NCBI GenBank assembly: GCA_040755995.1 | Contig: JBFMAF010000037.1 | Span: 192,001 to 256,000, forward strand | DNA from: Acidobacteriota bacterium | GTDB lineage: Bacteria > Acidobacteriota > CAIWXX01 | Length of the DNA stretch: 64,000 nucleotides | Reading direction: 5' to 3' | Shown here: piece by piece, positions 61,578-64,000 of the stretch | Numbering within the stretch: position 1 is the first letter of the stretch | Layout: every line of letters begins with the position of its first letter | Program-made: the position numbers and the translations under genes | The notes under the pieces: generated by a model | Told to the model about the DNA's origin: nothing | Databases searched by the model: none | What the model saw: only the letters and a program-made list of their open reading frames with translations

Positions 61578-63236
61578 ATGAGGAGAGCAGGCTGGTGGGT
61601 ATCGACAGCCAAGAATGCCATTGTAGACCTGGTCACTCCAGAGGCCGACCGGCTTCCAGGACGGGAGACGGGAGACGGAAGACGGAAGACGGGGAGGGAT
61701 AGAAGAACCTGCGGTCGGGAGCCGAGTAGGCACTGGATCACCGGATGCGTAGTTCTCTCCCTGCTCATGCCTGCAGTGTTTGCTCAAGCCCGGCCGAGGA
61801 ACGAGGGTCCGGGCGTGCCGGACAAGATTCGATACTTCGAGCTCGTCACGATGGCCGGTCGCGAGCCGGGACAGAGCCATGCGACGGACGCTGGCGTGTC
61901 GCGGCGCGAGGTGTCGTTCAGCGCCTTCGGCAGAAACTTCACCATGCAACTGGAGCCGAACGATCTGTTCGCACCAGACTCGAGGAACACCTGGATCGGG
62001 TCCAGTGGGCGCGATGTTGAGGCACCCGCCGCGGTTTTTTACAAAGGTGAACTGGCCGGTGAAGCCGGCTCGTGGGCTCGCGTGACGCTCACGGGCGGCT
62101 CGATAGACGGCATGATTTCGACGGCCGACGATGTCTACTTCGTCGAGCCGGCATCACGCTACTTCACGGGCGCACCCGCGACCGAGCTGGTTGTGTACCG
62201 GCTCTCCGATTGCGATCCCGACTGGGAGACGGGGACATGCGCTCTTGATGACCCGGAGATTGCAGCCGAGATGGGTGCCGATCCCTCGCCCAGCGTTCTG
62301 TCGAACTACGAGGCGATCAACGCCTTCCTGCCGGAGGCTCCGACCCGTCTCCTCAGGCGCTGCGAGATCGGCCTGGTTGCGGACCACGAGCTGTACCAGC
62401 GCCACGGGACGGCGACCGCGACGTACATACAGGGACTTGTCAATCAAATGGATGGGATCTTCAGGCGTGACCACGGCGTGGCCATCACGATCGCTCAAAC
62501 TGCCGTCTACACGACCGCGGACGACCCTTTCTCGAGCACCACGGACGCGGCGTCGCTGGTCAGGGAGATCGTGGCATGGAAGAGCTCCGCGCGCTGCCCA
62601 ATCAGCGGTGTGGACGTTACACATCTCTTTACAGGGCGCGATCTAAACGGATACACAGTCGGCATCTCCTATCTCGCCACGGTGTGCAACAGCGAGTACG
62701 GAGTGTCGCTGTCCCAGTCCTTCACCGACGACAACAAGTCTCTTGTCCTGGTCGTTTCGCATGAGATCGGCCACAACTTCGGCGCCTACCATGACAACCA
62801 GAGCGGCTCGCCCTGCGCGCCCGAGCCCTTCGGCTTCGTCATGAACCCGTACGTGAGCAGCCAGCTCAGCCTGAGTTTCTCTTCATGCACGAAAGGACTC
62901 ATCGCGAATCTCGTCGCCGGCGCCGGTTGTCTCGATTCGGTCGACTTCCCCAACAGGCCCCCGGTGGCGCTGGCCGGCGCCGATCAGTCCACCGTCACAA
63001 GTGCTCGCGTGTCGATCGATGGAAGCGGCAGCTACGATCCCGACGGCGACACGATCTCGTATGCCTGGAAGCAGATCAAGGGAGCCAAGGTCAAGCTGGC
63101 GAATATGAAAAGCAGCACACTCGCCTTCACGGCGCCCAGGACAGCAGCCAGACTCGTCTTCCGGCTCACCGTCAGCGATGGATCGTTGACCCGCTTCGAT
63201 GACGTGATCGTAGCCGTCAAGCTGGCGAGCCGATAG
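61578..63236 (+). CDS. M12B (reprolysin/ADAM-like) zinc metalloprotease with prodomain and C-terminal PKD-like domain
   Basis: HEIGHNFGAYHD, Met-turn VMNP, HLFTGR, prodomain AFGRNF.MQLEPN and DGSGSYDPDGD..Y.W.Q; true start uncertain. Confidence 0.85.
   Translation: MRRAGWWVSTAKNAIVDLVTPEADRLPGRETGDGRRKTGRDRRTCGREPSRHWITGCVVLSLLMPAVFAQARPRNEGPGVPDKIRYFELVTMAGREPGQSHATDAGVSRREVSFSAFGRNFTMQLEPNDLFAPDSRNTWIGSSGRDVEAPAAVFYKGELAGEAGSWARVTLTGGSIDGMISTADDVYFVEPASRYFTGAPATELVVYRLSDCDPDWETGTCALDDPEIAAEMGADPSPSVLSNYEAINAFLPEAPTRLLRRCEIGLVADHELYQRHGTATATYIQGLVNQMDGIFRRDHGVAITIAQTAVYTTADDPFSSTTDAASLVREIVAWKSSARCPISGVDVTHLFTGRDLNGYTVGISYLATVCNSEYGVSLSQSFTDDNKSLVLVVSHEIGHNFGAYHDNQSGSPCAPEPFGFVMNPYVSSQLSLSFSSCTKGLIANLVAGAGCLDSVDFPNRPPVALAGADQSTVTSARVSIDGSGSYDPDGDTISYAWKQIKGAKVKLANMKSSTLAFTAPRTAARLVFRLTVSDGSLTRFDDVIVAVKLASR
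61660..61694 (+). repeat. Heptamer array GACGGRA-like x5
   Basis: gacggga gacggga gacggaa gacggaa gacgggg. Confidence 0.8.
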
Positions 63237-63388
63237 GCGCGCTCATGCACCGCGAAACTGTGGGACACGCCCGTGAAGGGACAGGGCGCTGCATGGCCAA
63301 TCGCTTCGACCGGGATCTTCTGATAGATTGTAGTTGGGCGGATGCATTGGAGGGAAGATCGTATGCCCCGGCGTCAGTGGAGAGATCT

Positions 63389-63546
63389 CCAGGCGGCTTC
63401 AGGAGGCAAAGACATGTGGCGATTGAGTGAATGTTCCGAAGCGGTGCCTCGTCCCCACGCACGAGTCGTCCACTCTCCGCTCTCTTCCCGAGGCCCAGCC
63501 GGAGCGGCTTCGGATGTTTCATCGGTGTGAGGTCGCGCTTCGCTAG
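63389..63546 (+). repeat. Dispersed element, copy D
   Basis: CCAG...ATGTGGCGATTGAGT (63414-63428)...two heptamers...56-bp palindrome (63488-63543)...CTAG. Confidence 0.8.
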
Positions 63547-63558
63547 GCGCGTTAGCGC

Positions 63559-63731
63559 CTAGCGGGCTTCAGGGGAAGAAGATGTTGCGATTGAGTCAAG
63601 TTTGCCACGTCGCGTCATTCGCTCTGAATTCCCACGGTAGTCACTCCCAACTCTCGACTGTCGACTCTCGACGCGAGGCGGGGTCAAAGCGGCCTGGCAT
63701 GGTTCATCGGTCTGAGGCCCCGCCTCGCTAG
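63559..63731 (+). repeat. Dispersed element, copy E
   Basis: CTAG...ATGTTGCGATTGAGT (63582-63596)...four CTCTCGA-like heptamers...56-bp palindrome (63673-63728)...CTAG. Confidence 0.85.
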
Positions 63732-63761
63732 TTCCTTCAGCAGCGGGAGACGGCGCAGAAA

Positions 63762-64000
63762 ATGATTGAGTTCCTACGCGGTCAGGTCGACTACATCCAG
63801 TTTCTGACCGGCTCGGCGTTCCTCGTCCTCGCTGCCGTCTCTTTCAGGTTGCACCGGCTGAAATCCCCGTTGCCCTGGAACTACCTGGCCTGGTTCGGGC
63901 TGATTCACGGCGCAGGCAGATGGCTCAGCCTGCTGGTGTTCAGCCTCGGAGACAGCGCGTCCTTCGCGGCAGTCCGCCTGGCTACACTTGCCGCGTCCTG
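63762..64000 (+). CDS. N-terminus of a membrane protein, probably a sensor kinase or signalling protein (truncated by the window edge)
   Basis: MIEFLRGQVDYIQFLTGSAFLVLA...LPWNYLAWFGLIHGAGRWLSLL; GGAG RBS; open to the end of the window. Confidence 0.6.
   Translation, partial: MIEFLRGQVDYIQFLTGSAFLVLAAVSFRLHRLKSPLPWNYLAWFGLIHGAGRWLSLLVFSLGDSASFAAVRLATLAAS

Noticed and set aside
63389..63731. Tandem copies D and E as a CRISPR array or integron attC array
   Set aside because: Units are ~160-170 bp and diverged, with no unique spacers or cassette ORFs between them. No cas or intI gene and no recognisable attC core pairing.

Overview
GC-rich bacterial DNA. The gene mix (CadC-type wHTH-TPR, LytS/LytTR, C69, GGT, ACIII-caa3) suggests Acidobacteriota or a similar lineage; this is inference only. 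Left to right: a deleted gabT relic, a repeat-containing lipoprotein, a GABA/aldehyde catabolism cluster (gabT plus two ALDHs), plsC and a signal-less HtrA. Next is an operon of a membrane-anchored GspE/PilB-type ATPase, a TM-TPR protein and a GT4, followed by a short uvrA, a DUF948/YtxH-like pair, glgC, two histidine kinases and an acyl-CoA dehydrogenase. A UPF0175/DUF3368 TA pair sits beside an XRE gene and an integrase-like relic. A complete alternative complex III (actABCDEFG) + SCO + A2-type caa3 oxidase operon is interrupted by an orphan UPF0175 gene. Then come peptidases and transporters, HicAB, LytTR/LytS, nhaC, a five-gene atypical chaperone-usher-like pilus locus, an M48 peptidase, TetR/NmrA with clear operators, Phd/VapC, an M12B protease and a partial membrane sensor. 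The main non-coding discovery is a ~170-bp dispersed element with 5 copies, bounded by CTAG-like tetramers and carrying a conserved ATGTTGCGATTGAGT box, heptamer repeats and a 56-bp palindrome; one copy supplies the apparent start codon of an Nramp gene. Several 7/8-mer tandem arrays also occur at gene junctions. No rRNA, tRNA or CRISPR was recognised. All family calls come from motif recognition by eye, not from database searches.
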